NCBI GenBank assembly: GCA_038231135.1 | Contig: JBBRLX010000002.1 | Location: 96,001-160,000 of the forward strand | From: Candidatus Eiseniibacteriota bacterium | Lineage (GTDB): Bacteria; Eisenbacteria; RBG-16-71-46 | Reading direction: 5' to 3' | Length of the DNA stretch: 64,000 nt | Shown here: piece after piece, positions 38,640-48,533 of the stretch | Position numbering within the stretch: the first letter of the stretch is position 1 | Layout: each line of letters starts with the position of its first letter | Notes under the pieces: model-generated | Databases searched by the model: none | Told to the model about the DNA's origin: nothing | What the model saw: only the letters and a program-made list of their open reading frames with translations | Position numbers and translations under genes: made by a program

Positions 38640-38661
38640 GTGGGCTCAGGGTCGGGATGCC

Positions 38662-39648
38662 TTAGGACCGCGGCGAACTTCGGGATCGTAGCAATTCCAG
38701 CGCCCGTGAGAAGTCATCGGGCACGGGCCGGACGAAGCGGAGGTCCTCACCGGTCACCGGGTGTGAAAACCCCAACTCGGACGCGTGCAGTGCCTGGCGC
38801 CGCATGCAGTCGAGCAGTGCCGCTGCGAGGCTACGCTGGCTGTCGGCAAGCCTCAACTGCTTTTTGCCGCGTCCGCCATAGGTGGGGTCCCCCAGAACCG
38901 CGTATCCCAGGTGCTCCAGATGGACGCGGATCTGATGGGTCCGGCCGGTGTCGAGCCGCACTTCGAGCAGCGTGGCGATGCCGAATCGCTCGGTGACCCG
39001 CCAGTGGGTGCGCGCCGGCTTGCCCCCGCGGAGGACCACCGCCATCCGCCGGCGCTCCCGGGGATCGCGTCCGAACGCGGTCTCGATCACGCCCTCTGTG
39101 GCGTGCGGATCCCCCCAGACCAGCGCCTGGTAGACGCGCGACACGGTGCGCGCCTGGATCGCCTCGACCAGTCCGCGCCACGCCCGGTCGTGCTTCGCCA
39201 CCACCATCAGCCCCGAGGTGTCCTTGTCGAGCCGATGGACGATCCCGGGGCGCCCGGGCCCGCCCACGCCGGCCAGGCCCGGCGCGTGATGGAGCAGGCC
39301 GTGCACGAGCGTGCCCCGCGGCACACCGGCGCCGGGGTGGACGACGAGGCCTGCCGGCTTGTTCAGCACCAGCAACCAGTCGTCCTCGAACACGATGTCG
39401 AGCGCGATCGGTTCCGGCGCGAGGCCGGCGTCGAGCTCACGCGCCGGCAGCTCGACCTCGAGCGCATCGCCGGGACTCAGCCGCTGGGACGGCCGGCCGG
39501 GCCGGCCATTCACGCGCACGCTGCCGCCGCGGATCAGCTGCTGGAGCCGGCTACGGGAGAGGTCCGTCTGTGCCGTCGCCAGGTAGCGGTCCAGCCGCTC
39601 CCCCCGTGCCTGCTCCGGCACCGACAGTCGCAAGATCGGGATCTGCAT
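38662..39648 (-). CDS. rluD: RluA/RluD-family pseudouridine synthase
   Basis: S4 domain RLDRYL..LSRS, NKPAGLVVHP, GIVHRLDKDTSG, TGRTHQIRVH. Confidence 0.92.
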   Translation of the reverse strand: MQIPILRLSVPEQARGERLDRYLATAQTDLSRSRLQQLIRGGSVRVNGRPGRPSQRLSPGDALEVELPARELDAGLAPEPIALDIVFEDDWLLVLNKPAGLVVHPGAGVPRGTLVHGLLHHAPGLAGVGGPGRPGIVHRLDKDTSGLMVVAKHDRAWRGLVEAIQARTVSRVYQALVWGDPHATEGVIETAFGRDPRERRRMAVVLRGGKPARTHWRVTERFGIATLLEVRLDTGRTHQIRVHLEHLGYAVLGDPTYGGRGKKQLRLADSQRSLAAALLDCMRRQALHASELGFSHPVTGEDLRFVRPVPDDFSRALELLRSRSSPRS

Positions 39649-40135
39649 GGTCGGCCTGTCTGGGAGCATCACCCATCGCGACGTATTCGCGCCGCGTCCA
39701 GGACCACGCGAACAGCGCGACCCCGACCGACACCGCCGTGTCGGCGACGTTGAACACCGGAAAGCGGCCCCACAGGATCTGGATGAAGTCGACGACGTCG
39801 CCGGTCTTCAAGCGGTCCACGAGGTTGCCGAGCGCGCCGCCGAGGATCAGCGCGAGCGCGAGCTGGCGCAGCACGCCGTGCACGTGGCCGCGCACGAACA
39901 TCAGCACGATCACCGCCGCCGCGGCGATCGAGAACAGGTAGTACGGGAACCCGGTGCCGGCGCCGAGACCGAACGCCACGCCCGAATTGCGCGTATAGGT
40001 GAGCTGCAGGAACTCGCCGATCAGGCGCACCGGGGGCTGCAGCGCCAGGTGCAGGGTGGCCCAATGCTTCGACCACTGATCGAGTCCGACGATGGCGAAC
40101 GCCACGCCGAACAGCAGCGTCAGTCCACGGCTCAT
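39551..40135 (-). CDS. lspA: Lipoprotein signal peptidase II
   Basis: DQWSK, NSGVAFG, GGALGNLVDR, VVDFI, FNVAD. Confidence 0.95.
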   Translation of the reverse strand: MSRGLTLLFGVAFAIVGLDQWSKHWATLHLALQPPVRLIGEFLQLTYTRNSGVAFGLGAGTGFPYYLFSIAAAAVIVLMFVRGHVHGVLRQLALALILGGALGNLVDRLKTGDVVDFIQILWGRFPVFNVADTAVSVGVALFAWSWTRREYVAMGDAPRQADHADPDLATVGAGAGTGGAAGPLPGDGTDGPLP

Positions 40136-41067
40136 TGCGCGCCCCGCTGGGTCCGCTCCTCCTTCTCCTTGCACGCTACGCACAGCCGCGCCGACGGCAT
40201 CGCCTGCAACCGTCCGTGCGCGATCGGCTGACTGCAGGATTCGCACACACCGTATTCGCCGCGGTACAGCCGGCGCAGCGCCTCGTTGATCTCGATCAGC
40301 GTCCGGCCTTCGGTGGACGCGAACATGAACGCCTTCTCGCGCTCCATCGCGTCGGTTCCGGCATCGGCCATGTGGAACGAATAGCCGGACAGGTCACCCG
40401 AGCTGTCGCGCTGATTCACCTTGAGCACCGTGTTTTCGAGGTGGCCCATCTCCTTGAGGATGCGGCGGCGCTCCTCGAGCAGACGCTCTTCGAACTGCTT
40501 CTGTTCCTGCTCCGTCACTCGTTTCACTCCTTGACCGGATGTCGGCGGATGGATCTTGGGGACGGGAGCAATGGGCCGTTTCTTCACGAGCGGGGCCGGG
40601 TGCGGCCGTGTCGAACGCGCCATCGATTCGGGCGGCAGCACACCCAGCGGTCGCACGATCGCCTGCGCGGCACGCTTCGCCGCCGAGTCGGACAGCTTCA
40701 CCTTGCCCTTCGCTACCGCCTTCGAACCCTTGGCCACCGCGGGCTTCGCGGGAGCCGCCTTCGCTATCGGCGCCGCCGTTTTGATGCCGGCGCCGGGCTT
40801 TGTGACCACGGCGGCCATGGTCTTCGCCGCGGCCTTCGGATCGACCGCATGTCCCGCCGGCTTGCTCGCCGGCTTCGCCGGAACCGGCCGGGCCGCCGGC
40901 TTCACCGCCGGCTTCACCGCCGCCGGTCTCACCGCCGTCGGTTTGGGCAGGGAATGCTTGGATGCGGGCTTGCTCGCTGCGGACGCAGAACGGGAAGGCT
41001 TTGCCGTTTTCGAACCGGACCGGGTCGTCTTGGCTCGGGCGGCGCTGGTTTTGCGAATGGTCGCCAT
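40132..41067 (-). CDS. TraR/DksA C4 zinc-finger protein with long Lys/Ala/Pro-rich N-terminus
   Basis: HMADAGTD, YGVCESC..PI...RL.AMP.ARLCVAC. Confidence 0.9.
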   Translation of the reverse strand: MATIRKTSAARAKTTRSGSKTAKPSRSASAASKPASKHSLPKPTAVRPAAVKPAVKPAARPVPAKPASKPAGHAVDPKAAAKTMAAVVTKPGAGIKTAAPIAKAAPAKPAVAKGSKAVAKGKVKLSDSAAKRAAQAIVRPLGVLPPESMARSTRPHPAPLVKKRPIAPVPKIHPPTSGQGVKRVTEQEQKQFEERLLEERRRILKEMGHLENTVLKVNQRDSSGDLSGYSFHMADAGTDAMEREKAFMFASTEGRTLIEINEALRRLYRGEYGVCESCSQPIAHGRLQAMPSARLCVACKEKEERTQRGAQ

Positions 41068-41102
41068 GAGTTACCTCCTGGAATCCAACATCGGCCCGGT
41101 GT

Positions 41103-41939
41103 TCATGCTGCCTCGTCCAGACGGCGGACGATTTCGGTGACGAGCAATTTCAGCCGCGGCGCGGCGTTGCCGGCGATCTCGAGAATCTCGGGAATGTCCA
41201 CCGGCCGCAGCCGGTCGGGCAGGCAGGCGTCGGTGACGACGTTGAACGCCAGCACGCGCTGGCCGCCGTGCACCGCGACGACGTTCTCGGGCACCAGCGA
41301 CATGCCCACGACGTCGGCGCCGATCCAGCGCAGGAACCGGTACTCGGCCGCCGTCTCGAGATTCGGCCCGGCGACCGCCACGAACACGCCCCGCCGCAGT
41401 GGTTCCTGGATCCCGAGCGCCACCCGTTCGGCGAGCGCGATCAGCGCGCGCGAGTAGGGTTCGCTCATGTCGGGAAACCGCGGACCCAGCGTGTCGTCGT
41501 TGGGCCCGATCAGCGGGTTGTCGCCCATGAGATTGATGTGGTCGGTCGTGACCACGATCGTGCCGGGCGGCATGTCGGGGTTCATTCCGCCGCAGGCGTT
41601 CGTCACGATCAGCGTGCCGCAGCCGAGCGCCTTGAGCACGCGGATGGGAAACGTGACCTCCTGCATGGTGTAGCCCTCGTAGTAGTGCACGCGGCCCTTC
41701 ATGATCGCCACCGGGCGGCCCGACAGCCGGCCCAGATGGAGCTCGCCCGCATGGCTCTCGACCGTCGACACCGGGAAGTGCGGGATGTCGTGGTACGGGA
41801 CCACGACCGCGGCTTCGAGCGCGTCCGCGAAGTCGCCGAGCCCGGTGCCCAGGATGATCCCCACTTCGGGACGCATCGGGCTGGCCTTCGTCACGTGCCG
41901 GACGGCCTCGTCGATTCTCTGCTTCAGGTCAATCGCCAC
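41103..41939 (-). CDS. punA: Purine-nucleoside phosphorylase (trimeric type)
   Basis: IILGTGLG, GRVHYYEG, TNACGG, DHIN, GPNLETAAE, VGMS. Confidence 0.93.
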   Translation of the reverse strand: MAIDLKQRIDEAVRHVTKASPMRPEVGIILGTGLGDFADALEAAVVVPYHDIPHFPVSTVESHAGELHLGRLSGRPVAIMKGRVHYYEGYTMQEVTFPIRVLKALGCGTLIVTNACGGMNPDMPPGTIVVTTDHINLMGDNPLIGPNDDTLGPRFPDMSEPYSRALIALAERVALGIQEPLRRGVFVAVAGPNLETAAEYRFLRWIGADVVGMSLVPENVVAVHGGQRVLAFNVVTDACLPDRLRPVDIPEILEIAGNAAPRLKLLVTEIVRRLDEAA

Positions 41940-42225
41940 GCGACTCCTGTGATTCGAGTTCCGCGTCGAGCCGGTCCGCCACGGCCTGGGGCTCGACGCC
42001 CGTGATCTCCACCTGCTTCATCCGCGCCGACTGCCCGCGAACCACCGTCACCTGTTGCGGCTTCACCCCGAGCAGTTGCGCGATCAACTCGCACACCGCC
42101 CGGTTCGCGCGGCCGTCCTCGGCCGGCGCCTGGACCTCGAACTTGTACGTGCCGTCCGCCAGACGGCCCTGCAACCGGCCGCGGCGCGCGCCCGGATGGA
42201 CGCGGACCGCGATGCGCACCGTCAT
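41929..42225 (-). CDS. DUF167 (YggU) protein
   Basis: VRVHPGA, APAEDGRAN, GQSARMK. Confidence 0.88.
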   Translation of the reverse strand: MTVRIAVRVHPGARRGRLQGRLADGTYKFEVQAPAEDGRANRAVCELIAQLLGVKPQQVTVVRGQSARMKQVEITGVEPQAVADRLDAELESQESRGD

Positions 42226-42521
42226 TGCATCCGGATCGCGATGTCGCGCAGCGTCGAGACCAGGAACATCCGCGCGAACCAGATCACCAGCATCGCGACC
42301 AGCGGAGCGAAATCCATGCCGCCGTACTGCAGCGGAAACAGCCGGCGCAGCGGGCTGCACACCAGGTCCGAGACCCGGTCGAGGAACATCACGATCGGGT
42401 TGTTCGGGTCGGGTCGCACCCACGACAGCACCGCATTCAGGAACAGCACGATCATCAGCATGTACAACAGCGCGTCGACCACCGACGCGAGCGCGTTGAG
42501 CAGGTTCCCGATCACGAACAT
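42222..42521 (-). CDS. yggT: YggT family membrane protein
   Basis: LSWVRPDPNNPIV, PLRR, GMDFAPLV. Confidence 0.92.
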   Translation of the reverse strand: MFVIGNLLNALASVVDALLYMLMIVLFLNAVLSWVRPDPNNPIVMFLDRVSDLVCSPLRRLFPLQYGGMDFAPLVAMLVIWFARMFLVSTLRDIAIRMQ

Positions 42522-42537
42522 TCCGGCGTCTCCACCC

Positions 42538-43233
42538 TCAGTCCCGGGCGCCGAACAGCGCGGTGCCCAGGCGAACCATGGTGCTGCCTTCCTCGATCGC
42601 GACCTCGAAATCGCCACTCATGCCCATGCTCAGCTCGGGCAGCCGCACGCCGGTCGACGCTTCGCATCGATCGCGCAGCGCGCGCGCCGCGCTGAAGAAC
42701 CGGCGCGCATCCTCCGCCCGATCGACGGCCGCGCCGATGGCCATCACGCCATCGAGCGCCAGCGCCGGCAGCTTCACCAGCCCCTCGACCAGCGCCGGCA
42801 GTGCCTCCGGCGCGACTCCATGTTTCTGCGATTCACCGCTCACGTTGACCTGAATCAGCACCCGCAGCACACGGCCGACCTGTTCCGCCCGCGCGGACAG
42901 CGCCCGAGCAATCTCCGGACCATCGATGCTGTGAACGCGGTCGAACAGCTCGGCCGCACGTCCGGCCTTGTTCCGTTGCAGATGCCCGATCATGTGCCAC
43001 CGCGCGGGCCGGCCGATGGCCTCGAACGCCAGGGCCGCCTCCTGAACGCGGTTCTCGCCCAGATCGGTGAGGCCGTGCGTCACGGCCTCGCGGATGCGGT
43101 CGAGCGGTACGGTTTTGATCGCCCCAATGAGCAATACCTGCCGCGGTTCACGGCCAGACCGCCGAGCCGCTTGCGCGATACGGACTTGAAGCTCGCCAAG
43201 ACGTTCGCGGAGCGAGGGGGAGGCGGCGTTCAC
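42538..43233 (-). CDS. yggS: YggS PLP homeostasis protein
   Basis: GENRVQE, WHMIGHLQRNK, QVNVSGE..KHG, LSMGMSGDF..AIEEGST.VRLG. Confidence 0.95.
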   Translation of the reverse strand: MNAASPSLRERLGELQVRIAQAARRSGREPRQVLLIGAIKTVPLDRIREAVTHGLTDLGENRVQEAALAFEAIGRPARWHMIGHLQRNKAGRAAELFDRVHSIDGPEIARALSARAEQVGRVLRVLIQVNVSGESQKHGVAPEALPALVEGLVKLPALALDGVMAIGAAVDRAEDARRFFSAARALRDRCEASTGVRLPELSMGMSGDFEVAIEEGSTMVRLGTALFGARD

Positions 43234-43393
43234 GGGACGCGAGAGGGTAGACACCCTACCCGTTGTCTGCAAGCGGAAAACGCGGCCCCGGGCGGCCCTG
43301 ACCAGGATGAACGTGGTTTCACGGCCCGGAGCCGCATGGCGGGCGGCCCGAACAGCGGAAGCCAACCGGGCAACTGGCTGGCTTCCGTACAGA

Positions 43394-43748
43394 TGGTGGA
43401 GGCGGCGGGAATCGAACCCGCGTCCGAAAAACAATCCCCAGAGAGTCCTACAGGCGTGTCCGGCCGATTGGATCTCGCGCGCCTCCGCTCCGACCGGCGG
43501 GATCGCCGACGCGCCAGCTCGATTGGTTCTCGTCCGCTACCCCCGAGCGAGAGCTTTGGACCAGCCCGCGTTTGTATGACGCTCGCATCCAGCCCCCACG
43601 GACGGGGTCCGGGCGATCGTCGCTGCTAATTAAGCAGCGAGAGCCATCTGCTCGTTGGCAGATGAAATTTCCCGCTTTTTTGACGAGGACACGGGGCCCC
43701 GGCCTGCACTCTGTGGTTCACGTTTCCCGTCGAGACCAAATCGCCCCC
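43394..43748 (-). ncRNA. ssrA: tmRNA; tag (A)ANEQMALAA
   Basis: 5' GGGGGCGATTTGGTCTCGAC; 3' GGACGCGGGTTCGATTCCCGCCGCCTCCACCA; internal tag ORF ending LAA-TAA; 355 nt. Confidence 0.96.
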
Positions 43749-43996
43749 AGGAATAACGCGAGCGGCGCATCCGCTGCGTTGGCTCGGTCGCGTCGTGCTC
43801 GATGTATCTTACGATAGATCTCCGCGCGCCGCTCGGTCGCCGCCTTGCGGGCTGCACCACTCGCGTAATTCCTTACGTCTGCGCAATGGGGAGAGTCGAA
43901 GGCGAAACGGCCTGGATGCGCGGCGGCCTTCGGCCTGGCGCAACCGAATTCACCCTTTTCAAAGGTCAACAACATGTCAAGCGCGGCTTCCCTGGA

Positions 43997-44431
43997 TCAA
44001 AACGGGATGTCGTCGTCGGTGCCGCCCTGGAATTCGCCGGTCATCGGGTCGTCCGGCGGGATCGTGGCGCCCATCTCGTCGGGGACGCGCTCGCTGCCGC
44101 TGCGGCCGCCTACCATGGTCATGTTGGTGGCGATGATCTCGGTCGAATAGCGCTTCTGGCCGGATTGATCCTGCCACTGGCGGGTGCGGATGCGGCCTTC
44201 GATGAAGACCTGGCGGCCCTTGGTGAGGTACTGGCCCGCGATCTCGGCGGTCTTGCCGAACAGCACCACGCGATGCCACTCGGTGGCTTCCTGCTTCTGG
44301 CCGCTCTTGTCGGTCCACTTCTCGGTCGTGGCGATCCGGAGGTTCGCGACGGGCGCGCCTCCCTGGGTGAAGCGCATCTCGGGGTTGGCGCCGAGGTTGC
44401 CCAGCAGGATCACTTTGTTGACGCCGCTCAT
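43997..44431 (-). CDS. ssb: Single-stranded DNA-binding protein
   Basis: [29 protein letters not shown]-terminal DDDIPF. Confidence 0.97.
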   Translation of the reverse strand: MSGVNKVILLGNLGANPEMRFTQGGAPVANLRIATTEKWTDKSGQKQEATEWHRVVLFGKTAEIAGQYLTKGRQVFIEGRIRTRQWQDQSGQKRYSTEIIATNMTMVGGRSGSERVPDEMGATIPPDDPMTGEFQGGTDDDIPF

Positions 44432-44538
44432 GAGGTTCTCCCGCGAATGCTTGGGGTATGCGGAGGCTACGTTCAGATTGTGAGAATAGGCACTCGCACG
44501 CGCCGAATCAACCGCGCAGCATCGCATCCCGTGCAGGT

Positions 44539-44568
44539 TTGACGCGGCCCGGCTGCGCTGACTATCCT
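44539..44568 (+). promoter_or_regulatory. Sigma70-like promoter of the tRNA cluster
   Basis: TTGACG-N18-TATCCT upstream of tRNA-Pro. Confidence 0.5.
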
Positions 44569-44594
44569 CCTCGCCGCGTTCGACTTGAGATCAC

Positions 44595-44672
<78 letters not shown>

Positions 44673-44715
44673 ATTGGGTGTCCCGGAACTCGCACCCTAA
44701 GGAGCCGGAAACCCG

Positions 44716-44792
44716 GCGCCTGTAGCTCAGAAGGATAGAGCAACGGATTTCTAATCCGTCGGTCGGGGGTTCGATTCCCTCCAGGCGCACCA
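44716..44792 (+). tRNA. tRNA-Arg(TCT)
   Basis: GCGCCTGTAGCTCAG...ACGGA-TT-TCT-AA-TCCGT...CAGGCGCACCA. Confidence 0.97.
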
Positions 44793-44821
44793 TTGAATCG
44801 CGCGTGGGACTTCAAGCTGGT

Positions 44822-44898
44822 GGTGGATGTAGCTCAGCTGGTAGAGCACTGGACTGTGGCTCCAGTGGTCGCGGGTTCGAACCCCGTCATCCACCCCA
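44822..44898 (+). tRNA. tRNA-His(GTG) with G-1
   Basis: G-GTGGATGTAGCTCAG...CTGGA-CT-GTG-GC-TCCAG...CATCCAC-C-CCA. Confidence 0.97.
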
Positions 44899-45922
44899 TC
44901 TTGACGCCTCCCGCTTCGTCGAGTGTGCCCGTAAGTGTGCCCGTGCTGCCTGCGGCGAGCCGCTGGACCGCTTCGCGAAGGTCGCGCTCCGAGGCGATCG
45001 CGTAGCGGAAATAGACCGCCTCTGTCTTGTGTCCCGTCAGCCGCATGGCCCACGAGCGGGGCACGCCCTGCCGCTCAAGATTGCGCACTGCTGTGCGACG
45101 CAGATCGTGAAATAGGCGCACGACCTTGGCGCGCTTACATGCCGACTGCCACGCCCTACGGAAAAAGCGAACGGGCTGCCCGCGACGGTGGAACACGCAT
45201 GGGACTATGCGCCCCGATGCACGCTGGAAAGCATCCGTCTTTGCTCTTTGCCGGAGGAGCAGGTCCTTCAATTCAGGATACTCACCGAACGGGAACATGC
45301 GCCCATCGTCATTTTTCGTCGTGCCCGGCTCCAACCTCACGGTGCCCGTTACGAAATCGATCTGATGCCACTTGAGCCCGAGCACCTCGCTTTTGCGCCA
45401 GGCGGTAAAGTACGCGAACAACGCGACCGGCACGAGATGTTCCGGCAGGTTGGCGAGCACCGTCCGAAGCTCGGCATCCTCGAAGAAACCGGAGCGCACG
45501 TTGCGAACTTCGATCGAAGGGAACGTCGGGCGAACTGCGAGGCGACCGGCAGCAACCGCGAGAGTGAACATGCGCACGAGGGCCGCACGTTCCTTCTGGA
45601 TCGTTGCCGGCTTCGCACCGGAACGCAGCCGTGAGGCGATGTAGGCGCTCATCCGGTCTGGGGTGATGTCGAGGGCTTTGTCCCCACGGAAAAACGGCTG
45701 GAGGCGCTTTATGGAAGCCTCAGCGCGAACCAGAGACTTCCTACCATTCACGCGGTAGTCGTCGAGGAGTAGATCGCACAGGTTTTCGAAGGTCACGCGT
45801 TCGGCGTCGGGAGCAACGCGCCGACCCTGAGAAATTTCGACCTGCTGTTGCCGCAGGAATCGAACAGCCTCACGCCTGTCGGTGCTCCCGGTACTCTTCC
45901 GCATGCACCGACCCACGCGCAT
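44834..45922 (-). CDS. Tyrosine integrase; N-terminus uncertain or damaged
   Basis: Catalytic set TAWRKSE (R), TTKND (K), HDLRR, TGH, VYFRY (Y); reads through the att core and stops inside tRNA-His. Confidence 0.9.
   Translation of the reverse strand: MRVGRCMRKSTGSTDRREAVRFLRQQQVEISQGRRVAPDAERVTFENLCDLLLDDYRVNGRKSLVRAEASIKRLQPFFRGDKALDITPDRMSAYIASRLRSGAKPATIQKERAALVRMFTLAVAAGRLAVRPTFPSIEVRNVRSGFFEDAELRTVLANLPEHLVPVALFAYFTAWRKSEVLGLKWHQIDFVTGTVRLEPGTTKNDDGRMFPFGEYPELKDLLLRQRAKTDAFQRASGRIVPCVFHRRGQPVRFFRRAWQSACKRAKVVRLFHDLRRTAVRNLERQGVPRSWAMRLTGHKTEAVYFRYAIASERDLREAVQRLAAGSTGTLTGTLDEAGGVKMGWMTGFEPATTGATVQCSTS
44849..44901 (+). repeat. attL core (53 bp)
   Basis: CTGGACTGTGGCTCCAGTGGTCGCGGGTTCGAACCCCGTCATCCACCCCATCT, identical to 48534-48586. 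Confidence 0.95.
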
Positions 45923-46252
45923 CGAGCACCTCGGTTGCGGCCGCTCGAAGATGGCACCTGCTGCCGCGATAGCCACGCGCGCGGCGGCGACCCGGTCCTT
46001 TGCGGGCGTGGAAACATCTTGAAGAATCGTCGTAGATCCTCGCGACTCGGAGAATTGGCAGCGGGCAGTACGCCGCATCCGGAGAAGACTGCGTGCTGCG
46101 GCCGCCGCTCTCGCACGTGAGCACGGTGCGACAACACCCTGACAGCGCACCGTAGAGCCTGCCACCGCGCACCCCAAGCTGCCACCTTCCCAACTGCGTG
46201 AGCAACTCGCGCTCGAATTGATGCGCAAATCGGCTCCTCGCATGGCGGCGTT

Positions 46253-46756
46253 TCACTTGGGCCTCGCTTCCCCGATGTCGCTGGGAATCGTCGGCGAGTG
46301 ATGGTCATCCCGCTGCTTGCGATACGCGAAGACATGACGCCTAACGAGTTCGCGCAGGTCCTGTTCGTCCTGAAGCCCCGCGACGCGGAGCACCTGCCCC
46401 CAACACTGATCATCGATAAGGTCCACGATGACGACGTGCGAGTCCGTGTTGAAGAGACCGCCCGGGGCATCCTGTTCGTCGCGCCGCACATGGTGGAAGC
46501 CGTCCTCGTCCGCGTGCGGTGCTCCGCTCGCGACGGCGTACTCGAAGTCCGGATTATCTTGCACTCGGAGGTATGCACCGAATGTGGACGGTAGCCGAGT
46601 TGGCTTGCCACCCGCCCGAAGACTCGCGTCCCACTCTTCTCGCGGGATGACTGTGACCCGCGTTCCGATGACTCGCTCGAGCGCAAACCGTACGCTTTCT
46701 AAGTCGTCCATCCCGCTCCCCCCTGCGATCTTCCAATATTCGCGTGCCAATCGCAC
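46253..46756 (-). CDS. Hypothetical protein (element cargo)
   Basis: 167-aa ORF with globular-protein-like composition; GAGGTG upstream. Confidence 0.5.
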   Translation of the reverse strand: MRLAREYWKIAGGSGMDDLESVRFALERVIGTRVTVIPREEWDASLRAGGKPTRLPSTFGAYLRVQDNPDFEYAVASGAPHADEDGFHHVRRDEQDAPGGLFNTDSHVVIVDLIDDQCWGQVLRVAGLQDEQDLRELVRRHVFAYRKQRDDHHSPTIPSDIGEARPK

Positions 46757-46961
46757 CTCTTCTGAACTCGTCGGGACCCCGCCGGGCGCTGAAGGTCAGG
46801 CGCTACGACAAGATCCTGGGACAGGCCGGGGCTTCATTATCGGCGGCCATTTCGGAACATCCCAATAATGTTTTCACCATTGGCCGATACCTCCCAGACA
46901 AGGCTTTTGGGCGGAGCCGTGAAGGTTGCCCACAACCGCTCAAGAACAAAAGGAGGACGCC

Positions 46962-47309
46962 GTGCGAATCAAGTCAAAAGCCTTCACCGTGATACTCATC
47001 GGAATACTTGGAATGATCGGTTGCAATGGCACCAAGAGTACCGCGCCTGGGTCTCCATCGTCACCGGCTTCAGTGGCGCTCGTTGGGACGCAGCACTACA
47101 CGTCCTCGCCTTATTGCACGAGCATCTGGACCTTGAAGAACACCGGTGGATCGACCGCTTATCACGTGTACGTGGTATCTGATGCGGGGACGTATTCGCT
47201 CGGCGGGGCCGGCCAGATCTCAGCAGGCGACGCTACGACCATCACGTCTACGCAAGTCAGGGATGCGTGTCCAGCACTGCAAGACATCCGTTGGTCCACT
47301 TCACCATAA
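46962..47309 (+). CDS. Small lipoprotein (element cargo)
   Basis: AGGAGG RBS + GTG, basic/hydrophobic signal, lipobox MIGC, beta-rich Ser/Thr body with 2 further Cys. Confidence 0.7.
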   Translation: MRIKSKAFTVILIGILGMIGCNGTKSTAPGSPSSPASVALVGTQHYTSSPYCTSIWTLKNTGGSTAYHVYVVSDAGTYSLGGAGQISAGDATTITSTQVRDACPALQDIRWSTSP

Positions 47310-47438
47310 TCGTCAGAGCTAAACCAAAACAGCGGGCGTTGCCAATAATCATGAGGCCGGGCATCCGCTCGCGACAATGATGGGCACCGGGTGTGGGTCA
47401 TGGTCCGTCAGAACCGTCGGAGTCAGTGGAGAGCAGGC

Positions 47439-48098
47439 CTATCGAAGCTCCGCGCCCTCCGCAGCCTCCTCGATGGCAGCGTTGTCGAGCGCGTCTTGCC
47501 ACGCAAGGAGCACGCAGTCGCACTCAGCCTGAAGGTCGCTGGGTGAATCCGAGAGCGCGCGAAGCCGCACGAAGGTCCCGGGGAACATCGCCTCAAGCCC
47601 TGCATCCGCCCAAGCCGCGCCGGGCGTCCCGGATTCGATGTAGAGCCGCCCCGCCATCTTCCCAGCCAGATGTGCGGTGGCTATCACGATCGCGCGCCAA
47701 TCGTGTTCGATCGGCGGCACGCCGCGCGCTTCGACTACATCCGACGTTCCTTGTTGCGACCGTTCGAAGATCGTCCCTGCTGCTGCGATAGCTACGCGCG
47801 CGGCGGCGACTCGGTCCCGTGCCGGCGCTGAGCCATCCTGAAGGATGGCAGCGAGGGTCTCGCCAGCGAGAGCGGCATTTGACCGCATCCTATCGGCGGC
47901 GGCGCGCCACGCTTGGCGGCGAAGGTCATTCACATGCCTTTCGAATTCCGGCAACCGAGATCATCTCCAAACCGTGCACCGATCGATGCCAAGCGCCTGC
48001 GCCACGTTCCCCACTCGCTGTCCACTCGCAATCATCTCGGCCGCACTCTCCTGCTGAGGCGTCAGCTTGGTTGCATCCTGTTGCGGCGCGTTGCTCAT
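47439..48098 (-). pseudogene. HTH protein (phage small-terminase-like) with in-frame TGA
   Basis: LTPQQESAAEMIASG..VAQALGIDRCTVWR*SRLPEF: TGA at 47961-47963 where Trp is expected; frame continues to 47439. Confidence 0.75.
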
Positions 48099-48533
48099 CT
48101 TCGCCTCCGTGCGGTTGCTGCGAGCCGGCCTGCTGTGCGGGAACTGTGCGGGAACGATGTGCATTCGTCGTCAATTACTAGCCGCCATCGTCAGACGGGG
48201 GCTAAACCGTTACTTCGCCTCGGACTGTCCGCCGACCCGCAGCAATCAGTTCCACCGAGCGTTCCTGCTGGACCGTCAGACCATAGGTTGCAGTTGGTTG
48301 CACTTGGTCATTCATCGGTCGCCTCCTTGCGCCCCACGGAAATGATCGGAGCATTTGACCAAGCCCGTCGGTCAGGTACGATGTTGGTTAATTGTGCCTA
48401 GGATTGTGCCCATTCTGACCGCTACCACTCGCGTCTATTCGTGAGGATCGGTGCTATTGTCCGGTGCGATCCGGGCTGAATTGACGGCGATTGCGGGATC
48501 GGGACCGATCGTGGTGCTTGGTTCCTCTCGGGG

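Noticed and set aside
42538..43860. ORFs extending into or lying over the tmRNA
   Set aside because: The region is ssrA; only the tag frame is meaningful, and yggS likely starts at 43233
47961..47963. TGA as selenocysteine or genetic-code reassignment
   Set aside because: The aligned position fits Trp in an HTH motif, TGA terminates many genes in this window, and other decay signs are nearby
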